Positions 26,483 through 38,840 of a DNA stretch of 64,000 bases are shown piece by piece. The notes beneath the pieces were generated by a model. That model saw only the letters and a program-made list of their open reading frames with translations, was not told the DNA's origin and did not search any database. The position numbers and the translations under genes are program-made. How positions within the stretch are numbered: the stretch's first letter is position 1; every line of letters begins with the position of its first letter. Origin of the DNA: Malacoraja senta (taxonomy: Eukaryota); NCBI GenBank assembly GCA_038087875.1, contig CM075990.1, positions 7,566,001 to 7,630,000 on the forward strand, read 5' to 3'.

Positions 26483-27378
26483 GTACCTGATGGGAAATAG
26501 TCTGGAGTTCCCACATTCCACAAAGCAGGAATGCCCTGCCATACTAATGAATATTAGCTTGGCACACGAAACAGATATATACAGAATAAAAATATCCTTC
26601 ATCCATCACCTAATCCCCTCTGTCCCCTCAGTTTAGAAGTGCTCCATGATCACTATGCTATTTAATTCTATGCTATCCATCATTCTGAAGAAGGGTCCTG
26701 ACCCAAAACAGCGTTTGGCCATTTCCCTCCACAGATGCTGCCTGACCCGCTGAGTTCCTCCGGTGCTTTATCGAGTGACATCCAATCCCCTTTAGGATTT
26801 ATTTTCTGGAGCCTTTCATTTTTTTACTCATCCGCAGAATGGAAAAATTCCCTCGGAGACCTGTTCTGTCAACAGCCCCCAGAGTTTTTAATTTTTATTA
26901 GGTCACCCCACAGCCTTCACGATGCAAAAGCAAGCCAGTTTGCTCAATCCTTCCTGCTTAGTGTAACCTCTGGGCATCATCCTTGCAAATTGTTTCACTT
27001 AAAATACATTTGTCGTATGAAATTCTCCCCAACTCAAAATAAATCAAAATAAATATCATTCATAGGTTGGAACATAGAACAGTGCAGCACTGGAACAGGC
27101 TCTTTGTCCCACAAGGTCTGTGCCAACATGTTGCCAAGACTGACCTTTATCTGCTTACACATGATCCATATCCCACCATTCCCTGTACATTCATGTGCTT
27201 ATCCAAAAGTCTCTTAAACACCACGATCGTATCTGCCTCCATCACCACCCCTGGCAGCACTCATCACCCCCCTGTGTAAAAGACTTGCCACGCACCTCTC
27301 CTTAGAACAGAGAATATTAGAAACACTGAGCAGATCAGGTAGTATCTGTGGAGGGAGAAACAGTTAAGCTTTCAAGTC

Positions 27379-27470
27379 TGAAGAAGGGTTTCGACCCGTA
27401 ACGTTGCCTATTTCCTTCGCTCCATAGATGCTGCCTGACCCGCGGAGTTTCTCCAGCATTTTTGTCTACC
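27379..27470 (+). mobile_element. Penelope-derived mini-element with 14-bp TSD
   Basis: TAAGCTTTCAAGTC at 27365-27378 and 27471-27484. The insert starts at the CTGAAGA core. Confidence 0.85.
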
Positions 27471-27539
27471 TAAGCTTTCAAGTCCTTGCCCTTTCATTAT
27501 TTCCAATTGTGTTATTTAATCCAATGATTCAATTCAATG

Positions 27540-27985
27540 ATAGAAACATAGACACACAGAAAATAGAAGCAGGAGTAGGCCATTCGTCACTTTGAGCCAG
27601 CACCGCCATTCAATATGATCATGGCTGATCTTCTAAAATCAGTACCCCGTTCCTGCTTTCGCCCCATATCCCTTATTCTGTTAGCCCTAAGAGCTATATC
27701 TAACTCTCTCTTGAATACATCCAATGAATTGGCCTCCACTGCCTTCTGTGGCAAAGAATCCCACAGATTCACAACTCTCTGGGTGAAAAAGCTTTTCCTC
27801 ATCTCAGTCCTAAATGGCCTACCCCTTATTCTTAAACTGTTTTGGCAACCACTGGTTCTAGACTCCCCCAACATGGGGAACATTTTTCCTGCATCTATCC
27901 CTTAAGAATTTTATATGTTTCCATAAGATCCCCTCTCATCCTAAATTATAGTGAATAAAAGCCTTGTCGATCCATTCTTTCATTG
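27540..27985 (-). mobile_element. CR1-type LINE 3' end
   Basis: FFTQRVVNLWDSLPQKAVEA. Confidence 0.85.
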
Positions 27986-28097
27986 TCACATGTCACGTGA
28001 TGCTTTATTGTCGATGTACCTAGGTATATTGACATCCTTCTGAGACGGCTAGAAGTTCAACGAGAGGTCATTAATCTTCAGCCTTAATCATGCCCTT

Positions 28098-28407
28098 TTT
28101 TAGTTTAGTTTAGTTTAGTTTAGAGATACAACGCGGAAAGGGCCCTTTGACCAACCGAGTCCACACCAACCAGCGATCCCCGCACACTAACACCATCCTA
28201 CACACAATAGGGACAATTTACATTTACACCAAGCCAATTAACCTACAAACCCATATGTCTTTGGAGTGTGGGAGGAAACCGAAGATCTTGGAGAAAACCC
28301 ACGCAGGTCATGGGGAGACCCTACAGAGAGCACCCGTAGTCAGGATCGAACCTGGGTCTAAGGCGCTGTAAGGCAGTAGCTCTACTGCTGTGCCACCGTG
28401 CCGCCCT
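28098..28407 (-). mobile_element. HE1-type SINE
   Basis: (TTTAG)n tail, V domain, tRNA head. Confidence 0.9.
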
Positions 28408-29049
28408 TGTCTTGATGGCTGCAGTCTCCAGCATTTTGCTATTTTATTTCAGATTTGCAGTGTTTTACCACCATACCAATTCCGGGATCTCTTTTTTAAT
28501 TGCATTATTAATGTACTATCAAGAATATATCATGTTTGGCAAATTCGATGGAGTTCTATGAGGCGAAAGAGAGAGTGCCAGGGAGACCAGCGCGGTTGTG
28601 TATGAGAATTTCTAAATATATTCTGAGGATGTACACATGAGACTTTAGCAGAATTCAACCACACTGGATTAGAGACGTAGAGACACCAGCAAAGATATAC
28701 TGTAACATTAGCAAAGGAACAGAGAGATCAGGCGAGTCGTAGGTGGTTACCTCTCAAACTGCAGGAAGCATGCAATCATTGGTATTAGGACCTTATATTT
28801 TGACACACATTAATAAGCAGGGTTTGGCCTTATAAGAAGTAATTTCAAAGGTTGAACATGACATGACATTTTTGAAATGCATTGAATATTGGGCATATTT
28901 GCAGCATAATTCAGGAATGCAGAAGACATACTGATGAAACAGAAAGACTGGTGATATGGCAGATGGAATTTAACGTGCAGTGATATACATTCAGTATGAA
29001 GAACAAAGGGACTCGATTTAAACTCAATGGTGGAGTTCGGTTCAGATAT

Positions 29050-29340
29050 AAGAGAGATAAGGTGAGGAGGGGGGAAATATTTAATAGGAACCTGAGGGGT
29101 GATTTTTTTTCATAGAAAGGGTGGTGGGTGTATGGGACAAGCTGCCAGAGGAGGTAGTTGAGGCAGGAGCTATTGCAATGTTTAAGAAACATTTAGACTG
29201 GTACATGGATAGGACAGATTTAGAAGGATATGGGCCAAATACAGGCAGGTGGGACTAGTATAGATGAGACATGTTGGCCAGTGTGGGCAAGTTGGGCCGA
29301 AGGGCCTGTTCCTACGCTGTAGGACTCTATGACTATGAGA
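29050..29340 (+). mobile_element. HER1-type LINE 3' end sharing its tail with the SINEs
   Basis: gttgggccgaagggcctgttcctacgctgtaggactctatgactatga. Confidence 0.8.
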
Positions 29341-30189
29341 TCAGGGGTGCATGAACATAAACCTGCTTGGTTTCGTCAGGATATATTGTGAGGTGTTTAA
29401 AAAAAAAAAAGCATATGGCTTCTCTGCCCTTTTTAAACTGTGTTTCTTCATGGAGTCCAGATTTCACTGAAAGGTCAGCATTTGCTGTCCATTCACATTT
29501 GCCATGGTGGTGGGGATTCAGATAAGAGGCAACCACATTGATGGGTCTTGCGCCACGTGCAGGTAGGGATGGCAGATTTCCTTTCCAGGAGGACGATAGT
29601 GAAGCAGATGGATTTTTAACAGCGATCTGGTAGTTTTAAGTTTCTAGCTACCAAAACAAGCGTTCAGTGATTTCAAATTAATGTAATTACACGGTGTAAT
29701 TAAAACTCACATCTCTGGATCACTGGTCCGCAACTGGCTGCCAGTCCTTTAAGATATGCACTGCTCCGAAAGTAAAATATTGGAAATCTGAAATAGAAAT
29801 AGAAAATGCTCAGGAGGTCAGGCAGCATCTATGGAGAAGAGAAGCGGTCTTCACATTCCGGGCCTGCCATTGGAATCTGACCACCATTTCAGGATGTCTT
29901 AGCATAAGCAGTTACGATAAAGTATTATCAAGTGTCATGCAGGTCTTAGCTGGGGTACTGTGTCTAATTCTCAGATCAATGCTTGAATTAGACTTCATAG
30001 GCAGAGGATGGTGCACAGGAGATTCATCTGGAGAAACACATGTACAGATATTGGAGGAGCTGTGAGCAGAGGTGGTTAAGAGGAGATTAAATAGAGTTGT
30101 TCAAAATCATGAAGGATTTTGAGAGAGAGAGAATAAGGGCGAACCATTCCCAGTGGCAAGAGGATTGGGAAGAGACGTATATTGACATG

Positions 30190-31320
30190 TTGGGAATCTG
30201 AGGAAGGACATTATTGCCATAGAGGGAGTGCAGAGAAGGTTCACCAGACTGATTCCTGGGATGTCAGGACTTTCATATGAAGAAAGACTGGATAGACTCG
30301 GCTTGTACTCGCTAGAATTTAGGAGATTGAGGGGGGATCTTATAGAAACTTACAAAATTCTCAAGGGGTTGGACAGGTTAGATGCAGGAAGATTGTTCCC
30401 GATGTTGGGGAAGTCCAGGACAAGGGGTCACAGCTTAAGGATAGAGGGGAAATCCTTTAGGACCGAGATGAGAAAAACATTTTTCACACAGAGAGTGGTG
30501 AATCTCTGGAACTCTGCCACAGAAGGTTGTTGAGGCCAGTTCATTGGCTATATTTAAGAGGGAGTTAGATGTGGCCCTTGTGGCTAAAGGGATCAGGGGG
30601 TATGGAGAGAAGGCAGGTACGGGATACTGAGTTGGATGATCAGCCATGATCATATTGAATGGTGGTGCAGGCTTGAAGGGCCGAATGGCCTACTCCTGCA
30701 CCTATTTTCTATGTTTCTATGACAGAGGGACCAGAGGGAAAACAAGGAAACAAGAACACAAGAAAATAGGAGCAGGAATAGGCCACCTGACCACTCAAGT
30801 CTACCTTGCTGTTCAATCTGATTGCGACTGATCTACTCATCCCCTCATCTCCTCTTCTGTTCCAGTTCCCCATAGTCTTAGGGTTAACATATGATGAGTG
30901 TTTGACAGCACTGGGCCTGTACTCACAGGAGTTAAGAAGGATGAGGGGGAACCTCATTGAAACTTCCCGAATAGTGAAAGGCCTGGATAGAGTGAATGTG
31001 GAGATGATGTTTCCATTAGTGGGAGCATCTAGGACCAGAGGCCGTAGCCTCAGAATAAAAGGACGCACCTTTAAAAAGGAGATGAGGAGGAATTTCTTCA
31101 GTCAGTGGGCGGTGAATCTGTGGAATTCATCTGTGGAGACCAAGTCAATAGATATTTTTAAGGCAGAGTTTGACAGATTATTGATTGGTACGGTGTCAGA
31201 GGTTATGGGAAGAAGGCAGGAGAAAAGGGTTGAGAGGAAAAGATAGATCAACCAGGATTGAATGGCAGAGTGGATACGATGGGCCGAATGGCCTAATTCT
31301 GCTCGTATAACTTGTGAATC
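30190..31320 (+). mobile_element. Two tandem CR1 3' fragments (about 30190-30722 and 30875-31320)
   Basis: QRRFTRLIPGMSGLSYEERL; LTYDECLTALGLYS. Confidence 0.85.
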
Positions 31321-32341
31321 AAGCACAATGGATCAAATCACTTCCCTTTGTGCTGTATGATTCTATGCTCGGAAAGGGTTGCTGGATGATACATTGTTAT
31401 TTTCTAACTGGGACAATCAATCTACCGGAGCAAAGAGCAAAGTCAAGTTTCCTTTGTGTATTTGTGCCTGTCTTTTCTGCCCCTTCATTCTCTGACTATT
31501 CGCTCTCAATCCGTACTTTGTCCCACATAAGTGCCAATCTCTGCAACCTTTCCCATCAACGTTAATAATATCTCAGCCTGCCTTTCCATTACCTGCAAGA
31601 GGTGTCTTCTGTCATTGCCAGCCCCAGCCTGGCTTCCTTTCATTCTAATATCAATTTGGATTTCAATTCAGAGATGTGTCATAGTTTTTAGTTTCTGCGT
31701 AAGGGAACGGATTTTGTTAAAACAGGATTTTACACTGGTGCGCATTGTGAAAGAAACAAATAAACAATGAGGATATTAACAATAAATCAAAGGGAAGAAA
31801 CTGCTAGACTTATTGTTACAAAAAGCCAATAAAGAAAAATATCTGGCTGAAGAAAAACTAATTTCCAGGAACTGACGTAAAAACAGAAATTATGAAATGT
31901 TGTTGAAACTGCTTCTGATTTTGTTTCACATTTCCAGCATCTGTGGAATTTTGGTTTTTATTTCCGTGAGCTGGTGCTTGGCTTCCCAGATTAGCACAAC
32001 AAATAGACTTTGGATATGGATTTCCAGAACTGCCCCAAATTAGGTAGTGACCTCTCCGATTGAAAACTTGCCAACATCACCCCATTATTCCGAGGTGGGA
32101 GAGTGGCTGTAAATCAAAAAATGATATGCCGAGTCATCTGTCACTAGACGTTGGACCCGTTACGAGGAAAGAATATTTATCATTTGGATAAATGTAAACT
32201 GAACATGGAGATAGAGACAGAATGATAGAGAGAGAAAGAGCCAGCAGAGATTTCGAATGGCTAAATTATCATCCAATTATGATATTGTTGAATTCTAGCT
32301 GAATTCTTCGATGAGGAAGTCAATAAATTAGTGGTCGAGAG

Positions 32342-32446
32342 GATATTTGTAGATGTTATTCCAGAGATATTTGTAGTTGATATTCCAGAAATATTTGTAG
32401 TTGATATTCCAGAGATATTTGTAGTTGATATTCCAGAGATATTTGT
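32342..32446. repeat. 24-bp tandem repeat, about 4.4 copies (GATATTTGTAGTTGATATTCCAGA)
   Basis: Direct inspection. Confidence 0.95.
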
Positions 32447-32481
32447 CAAGGTTAAATGCAGTAACCATGAGGAAGTGTGCT

Positions 32482-32788
32482 GCGGTGGCACTGCTGGTAA
32501 AGCTGCTGCCTCACGGCGTCAGAGACCTGGGTCTGATACAGACCTTGGCTGCTGTCTGTGTGGAGTTTGCACGTTCGTCATGTGACCATGTGGGCTTCCT
32601 CCAGGTGCTCTGGTTTCCCCCCTCAGAACCCCAAACTGTGCAGGTTTTTAGGTTAATTGGCCTCTGTAAATGAGTAGGGTGTGGATGGTCAAGTATGATA
32701 ACATAGAACGAGTGTGAATGGGTGATCGGCGTGGACTTGGTGGGCCAACGGGCATATTTTCATGCTGTTATCTCTAAACTAAACTAAA
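32482..32788 (+). mobile_element. HE1-type SINE, older
   Basis: Degenerate head, V domain, tail. Confidence 0.8.
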
Positions 32789-33706
32789 CAGAATGTCTCT
32801 TGATTAGAACGGGTGTCAAGGGTTAAGGCAGGAAAATGGGATTCGGTGGCAGAGATCAGCCATGACTGAATGGCGGAGTAGACTCGGTGGGCCAAATGGC
32901 CTAATTCTACTCCTATAACTTGTGAACTTGTCTCCTGGTGGCCATTTTGCTTATCTTCCTCTTGTTCTCCAGTCTCCTCCATTCCTTGGGCTCCAGAGCT
33001 CCTTGCCGTTCTTCCTCTGATGTTATCGAGGAGCTGAACTATACCTGAGCTCATCTGCTGCTGTGGTTGAAGTGTGGCACGGGGTGTGAGGACCCAGGGG
33101 AATAGAGTCCGGGTGGCCTGGAATCCATCTATCTGGGCAGTGTGGGTTAAACTACAACTAGTGGGAACGGGTGATCGATGGTCAGTGTGGACGTGTTGGG
33201 CTGAAGGGCTTGTTTCCATGTTGTATTTTCCTATTGATCAAAAAATATGTCGACATGTGTCACCTTTTAGTGTTGGTTGGGGGACCAGCAGCTGAGAGTA
33301 AGGATAATAGGCACACACTTAAACTGAATCATAGCTTCCCTGAAGCTGGCCACTCAGCTTTTCACCATGAAATTACTTATCTGGATATAGGGACAGAGAG
33401 TCAAAGTTGCAAGTATTCTGGTGATATAAAGTTAGATGACATGATGGGAGCAGAACATGCAAAGAGATTAATAGGATTGTGCAAAAGATGCCTTTGAGGA
33501 TATTTCAGAATGATATAGGATTGAGAGGGTTAAATCACAAGGAATAACTGCCTAGAATTGAATTCTGTTCTCTCAGGCTCAGAAGGTTCAGAAGTGATTC
33601 AGCTGAGTTCAATGTTTGACTTGTTAAAAAGAGAGGCAACTCCTCTAGTCAGGAACCTCAGAGGAAAGGGCATATACATTTTCACATGCTTTTACATCTG
33701 TCATTG

Positions 33707-33840
<134 letters not shown>

Positions 33841-33894
33841 ATGTCCAAGTCATTATATATATATATATATATCTATATATATACTGTATATATC

Positions 33895-34670
33895 AATGAC
33901 TTGGATTAAACGTCAACGGGTTGGTCCGCGCATTTGCAGCTGATGCCAAGATTGCTGGGGTCGTGGGCTGTGAGGAAGACTGTCAAAGTATACAGTGGAA
34001 TATAGATCAGCTACACAAATAGGTGGTAAGTGGCAGATAGGGTACAATGCGAGCAAGTGTGAGGAGGTTGAATGCAAGGAGAAAATGTACAATTAATGGC
34101 AAGATCCTTAACAGCATTGATGTGCGGAGGGATTTGGGGGTTCAAGTCCATAACTCCCTGAAAATCAAAGTCAAAAGTCAAAGTCAAAGTCAATTCTATT
34201 CGTCACATGCACCCTAAGGTGCAGTGAAATGGATTTGCCAGCAGCGATACACTTACAAAGAACACACAGTACACAATAACATTGAACACAAACATCCACC
34301 ACAGCATTCTTCACTGTGGGGGAAGGCAACAAAGTTCAGCCAGTCCTCCTCCTTGTTCACCCGTGGTCGGGGCCATAAATGGCAACACAATTAGAGTGGT
34401 AAAGAAGGCATATGGTATGCTTGCTTTTGTTGGTCGGGGCATTGAGTATAAGAGTGAAGAATCATGACGCAGCTTTGTAGGAGTTTGGTTAGGCCTCATT
34501 TGGAGTATTGTGTACAGTTCTTGTTGCCCACATTACAGGAAAGATGTAGAGCTGGAGAGAGATTGCAAAGGTGGCTTACCACAATGATGCCTGGATTACG
34601 GGGGATTAGCTGCCAGGAAGGTTGGACTGACTTGGATTGTTTTCTCTGCAGGAGATTGAGGAGAATCCTG
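33895..34670 (+). mobile_element. CR1 RT/3' fragment interrupted at about 34165-34375
   Basis: FAADAK (YADD equivalent); VKKAYGMLAFVGRGIEYKS; LVRPHLEYCVQF. Confidence 0.8.
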
Positions 34671-35283
34671 ACAGATACGTATTAGCATATAGACAGCATA
34701 TAGACAGCAACCATAGTCAGGATCGAACTTGGGTCTCTGGCGCTGTCAGGCAGCAAGTCACTGCACCACTAATGCTGCCCTGTACTTTGCTAATCCTGAC
34801 ACAAAGTGCTGGAAGAACTCAGCAGGTCAGACAATATCTCTGGTTTTGGTTCAGGACCCTTCTTCAGAAACATCACCTATCAATGTTCTCCAGAGATGCT
34901 GCCTGACCTGCTAAGGTATTCCAGCACTTTTTTTGCATAACAGCATCTGCAGTTCTTACTTTCTATACAAAGCTAATCCTGTTTTATTCTCCCCATATTG
35001 TCATAAATTCCCTCCCCCCCTCAGATTTAACCACTTACCTATGCACTGAAGACAATGTAGAGGGGCCAATGAATCATGTACCTTCATCATGTATCTGTGC
35101 AAAGTGGACGGTTCGATCGTAATCATGGATTGTCTGCGCTGCCAGGTTGGCACGCAACAAAAGCTTTTCAATGTACCTTGGTACACCTGACAATAAACTA
35201 AACTAAACTAAACTGTAAACTAACCACTGGAGAAAACCCACACGACTGGTCCCATGCAAACTCCACACAGAAAGTTGCAGGGG

Positions 35284-35600
35284 TTCAACCAGTCACGGCA
35301 CCAGGCGGAAGAGGGCTCTGCCCGAGCCTGCTGCCTGCCCCTTTTCCGGGGTTACGTTCGCGCCCAGGTGGTTTTAGAAAGGGTCTACGCGCTGACCAAG
35401 GGCGCCCTGGGGGATTTCCAAGACTGCGGGGGGTGAAATACATCCTTAATAAGGATGGTGATATAGTTGTATAATCGTTTATTTAGTATCGAAGAATATT
35501 TGTTTGACTTGTATTATAGTGGTGGGGGGTTTTTTGGATTTATTTTGTACTGTACAATATTATTGGAAAGTATTGAATAAATGATTTTTGGTTAACATAA
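35284..35600 (+). mobile_element. Tx1-type LINE 3' fragment nested in a SINE
   Basis: Homologous to 13488-13737; CLPLFRGYVRAQVVLER; degenerate TSD agaaagYtRcagKgg. Confidence 0.7.
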
Positions 35601-35978
35601 AGAAAGCTACAGTGGTGAGGATCGAACCTGGGTCGCCGCAGCTGTGAGGTAGCAGCTCCACCGACGATCCTGAAGGACTGCCGAAGAAAAACAAATACTT
35701 AACTGAGCTTCCTCCTGCCAAACCCCCGAGGCTGGTGAATACTGGATAAAGGAGGGGGCGTTACCTCCCGACTGGAGAATGATACGTTTGTTTAGAACAC
35801 ACATATTTAGGCTTTACCAAACCCAAAGTGAATGAATATTAAACATGATCAGACTAAATGTAAGGTCAGCTTCTTGGGGCGCCCTGGCTTGTATCCTGAG
35901 ATCAGGAATCCTTTTGGGCCTCAAAATTAAATGACTGGAAACCATCACTATTATTTTGCAACGTGAAACTTAACCAAC

Positions 35979-36045
35979 CTGCTTTGTAGCAGAAGGCAAC
36001 GCACTTTTCAGTAAACTTTCCCTCAGTTCTTCTCCAAGTTCCTTT
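35979..36045 (-). CDS. Candidate coding exon (KELGEELRESLLKSALPSATKQ)
   Basis: 67 nt, tttgcag| acceptor and CAG|GTTGGT donor. Phase 2 in, matching the upstream candidate exon. Confidence 0.4.
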
Positions 36046-37270
36046 CTGCAAATTTTGCAAGGGGTCTTAACGGTGATGGTGAATAAAATTATTTTTTGCT
36101 TATTATTTTTTAATTTACAAAATAAAAGGGTAAATGGAGGGGACAGGTTTAGAGGGATATGGGCCAAATGCAGGCAGGTGGGACTAGTGTTGCTGGGGCG
36201 TGTTGGCCGGTGTGGGCAAGTTGGGCCGAAGGACCTGATTTCATGCTGTACTACTCTGTATGACTCTAAAAGGTGCTGCTTAATCCGTTTTCCTTTAAAA
36301 TCAATCAGAAAGTGTAGTAAGCAGCTGACAATAAGGTGGAGGGTATTCCTTAGTAATATCTCCATGAGTGTTTTTTCCTGAATCCTTGGCACAAGATTGG
36401 GAGGAGATGGCAATTGGACGCCGAGGCTCACAATCCCGCCCGCAATCTCTCTGCATTTCTACTGTCAGATCTTTTGTGCTACAGAGGCAGCTCCCACTCC
36501 AGCCCTGACACAGCATCGTCACACAAGGCAGCGTGCAAATAGAATCGAAATCCCAAGATCTCTGCGGCTTCCTCTGCTGCAGTAAGACAAAAATATACTG
36601 CACTGGAGTGGAAGTGATAGGCTGCTTGTGTGAATTACTCAAGCGCTATGCATCCCTGTAAATAATATGTAAGCAGGCAACGTGCTGCAGGCAGCTTGGT
36701 ATATTATGTGGCTACTCAATGTAGGCCCTAAATTATGATACCTCCTGGGCTAAAGCTTTACTGCACAAAGCTCATGGCCAGCACCTCGATTATTAAAGCT
36801 TTATGTGTGTGTGTGAGTGAGTGAGTGAGAGGGAGAGATGGCTGATGGGTGTGAGAGAGTTTATTCAGTGAGATACAGACACCCGATGTGTACAGGATCA
36901 GTGATCACACTGACACTGAGTGGGAGATGACAACGTCATCCTTCCCCTTCCCCCTTGCTGCAATTTGATCTCGGCATCTCTCTTCTTTCCCCCTCCACTG
37001 CAATGTGACTCTTCACGCTCCCTCAATCCTTGTGCAAGGTAAAAATGGTTTATGTTCATTGTTATCATGTGTACCAAGGTGCAGTGAAAAGCTTTGCGCT
37101 GTATCTCCAAACTAAACCTGGCAAGGGTTAAGTCATAATAGCCATCTGATTAGCTGCAGGTGTAATGTATACTTGTTTTCTGGTTTCTATACTATGTTTG
37201 CATCTTCCCATAAACGACACAAGGGAACTGAACGTTCAGGTTACGTCTTCTACCCTTCAACTATACACAC

Positions 37271-37475
37271 CTGGGCTCGTCGAGAAATCCGGGCTCCGCC
37301 TTAGCGTTTGCTGGTCCCTTGGTGTTTGCCGAGTGCCCGCTCTGACTGGGCGTGGGACACGGGTAAACGTGGGATAAGGTCGGATCTCGATCTCCCGCCC
37401 ACTGCTCTCTGAGCTCCACATCGTTCCACATGTTTGAAATAGATCGATAAGACATGGGGTCTTTATAGCTGTTAC
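37271..37475 (-). CDS. Candidate coding exon (GNSYKDPMSYRSISNMWNDVELREQW...AKAEPGFLDEPR)
   Basis: 205 nt, open frame, ttcag| acceptor and AG|GTGTGT donor. 15 CpGs in a CpG-poor background. Phase 1 in, phase 2 out. Confidence 0.55.
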
Positions 37476-37975
37476 CTGAATCAGCCCACAGTAATGGGCA
37501 AAAACACCTTGTTCATAAGCTCATAAGTGATAGGAGCAGAATTAGGCCATTCGGCCCATCAAGTCTACTCCGCCGTTCAATCATGCCTGATCTAACCCTC
37601 TCCCATAAGCCCGTTCTCCTGCCTTCTACCTATAACCCCTGACACCCGTACTAATCAACCTTGAGATATTATGAAGAAAAGTGTGTAAAAGGCACTTGGT
37701 TATTCACAAAAGCAAATTCTTGCTCTAAATGGTGACCCTGTAAAGACAAGTGACACAATCTCTGGTGGGAATGAGTTGAGATGCTGTTATGTTGATCAGT
37801 TTTAATTTAGAAGTGGTGTAAAATTTGTTGCAGGCAAGTGTCAAATTGAAATGTACGGCATATCCATTGCTGCTTTGCAAATGGTTTCACATTTGTCCTC
37901 CGCTCCCGCTGGTGTGAAAAACAGAGGTCGTTGTGATGCAGTGCAATGCGATTAAAGAGACTCGTCGAGTGCCAT

Positions 37976-38260
37976 GGGTGGCACAGTGGCACAGCTGGTA
38001 GAGTGGCACAGCTGGTAGAGTGGCACAGCTGGTAGAGTGGCACAGCTGGTAGTGGCACAGCTGGTAGTGGCACAGCTGGTAGTGTGGTGCAGCTGGTAGA
38101 GCCATTGACTCACAGCGTCAGAAACCCAGGTTCAATCCTGACCATGGGTGTTGTCTGCGTGGAGTTTGCATGGTCTCCCCTTGCGCATTGCATCCCACAT
38201 CCCAAAGGCATGCGGGTTGGTGGGTTAATTGGCCACTGTAAACGGCCTGTGAATATAGGT
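37976..38260 (+). mobile_element. SINE with tandemly amplified A-box head
   Basis: Seven copies of gtggcacagctggta(ga) precede the B box. Confidence 0.85.
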
Positions 38261-38840
38261 GAGTAGTAGATTATGGTGGAAGCCGTTGAGACTGTGGGGA
38301 GAAGATAAAAAGGGGGTTAATATAGCCTGGTTGACCTCCGTGGGAAGACCACATGTTTCTAAGCTGTATTTCTTCACGACTCTGGTTCACCTCATCAAAG
38401 GACCATCTGTAGATCCCAATCCATTAGAGTCCAGGAGCTCCAGATCCCCACTTGCTTACCTACGTTTACAAAGGTGAAGACCCGCCCCAGTTCACTGAGG
38501 ACATGCGCACCACTGATGGAAGTACCATGGACAAAGCTTTTCACTGTACCTCAGCACACGTGACAATAAACTAAACTAAAACTAAAATTGGGCACTGACT
38601 CCAGAGGAATATATCAAACGTAAAATCATTGGGTGTGACCCAGATGAGTATGCAGACTGTTGTCCCTCAATAGGTCTTATTCTGAGATAGTGTCATTCAT
38701 CCTTTCAAATTTTGGTGGACCACCATGGGTTCGCAGAGAGTCATCCTCTGAACTTTAGCGAGAGATGTAGAAATACAAAATAGAATGGATGGATCGATGA
38801 GACCATCCTACAACCACCACTGCCCGAGGAATGTCTGAAC

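Noticed and set aside
36469..36581. Plus-strand exon candidate (also about 41632-41795)
   Set aside because: Unrecognisable peptides and no compatible partners; the second uses an acceptor derived from a Penelope unit.
37271..37475. Assigning a gene symbol to the candidate exons
   Set aside because: Only vague short resemblances to transcription-factor N-termini; a homology search is required.
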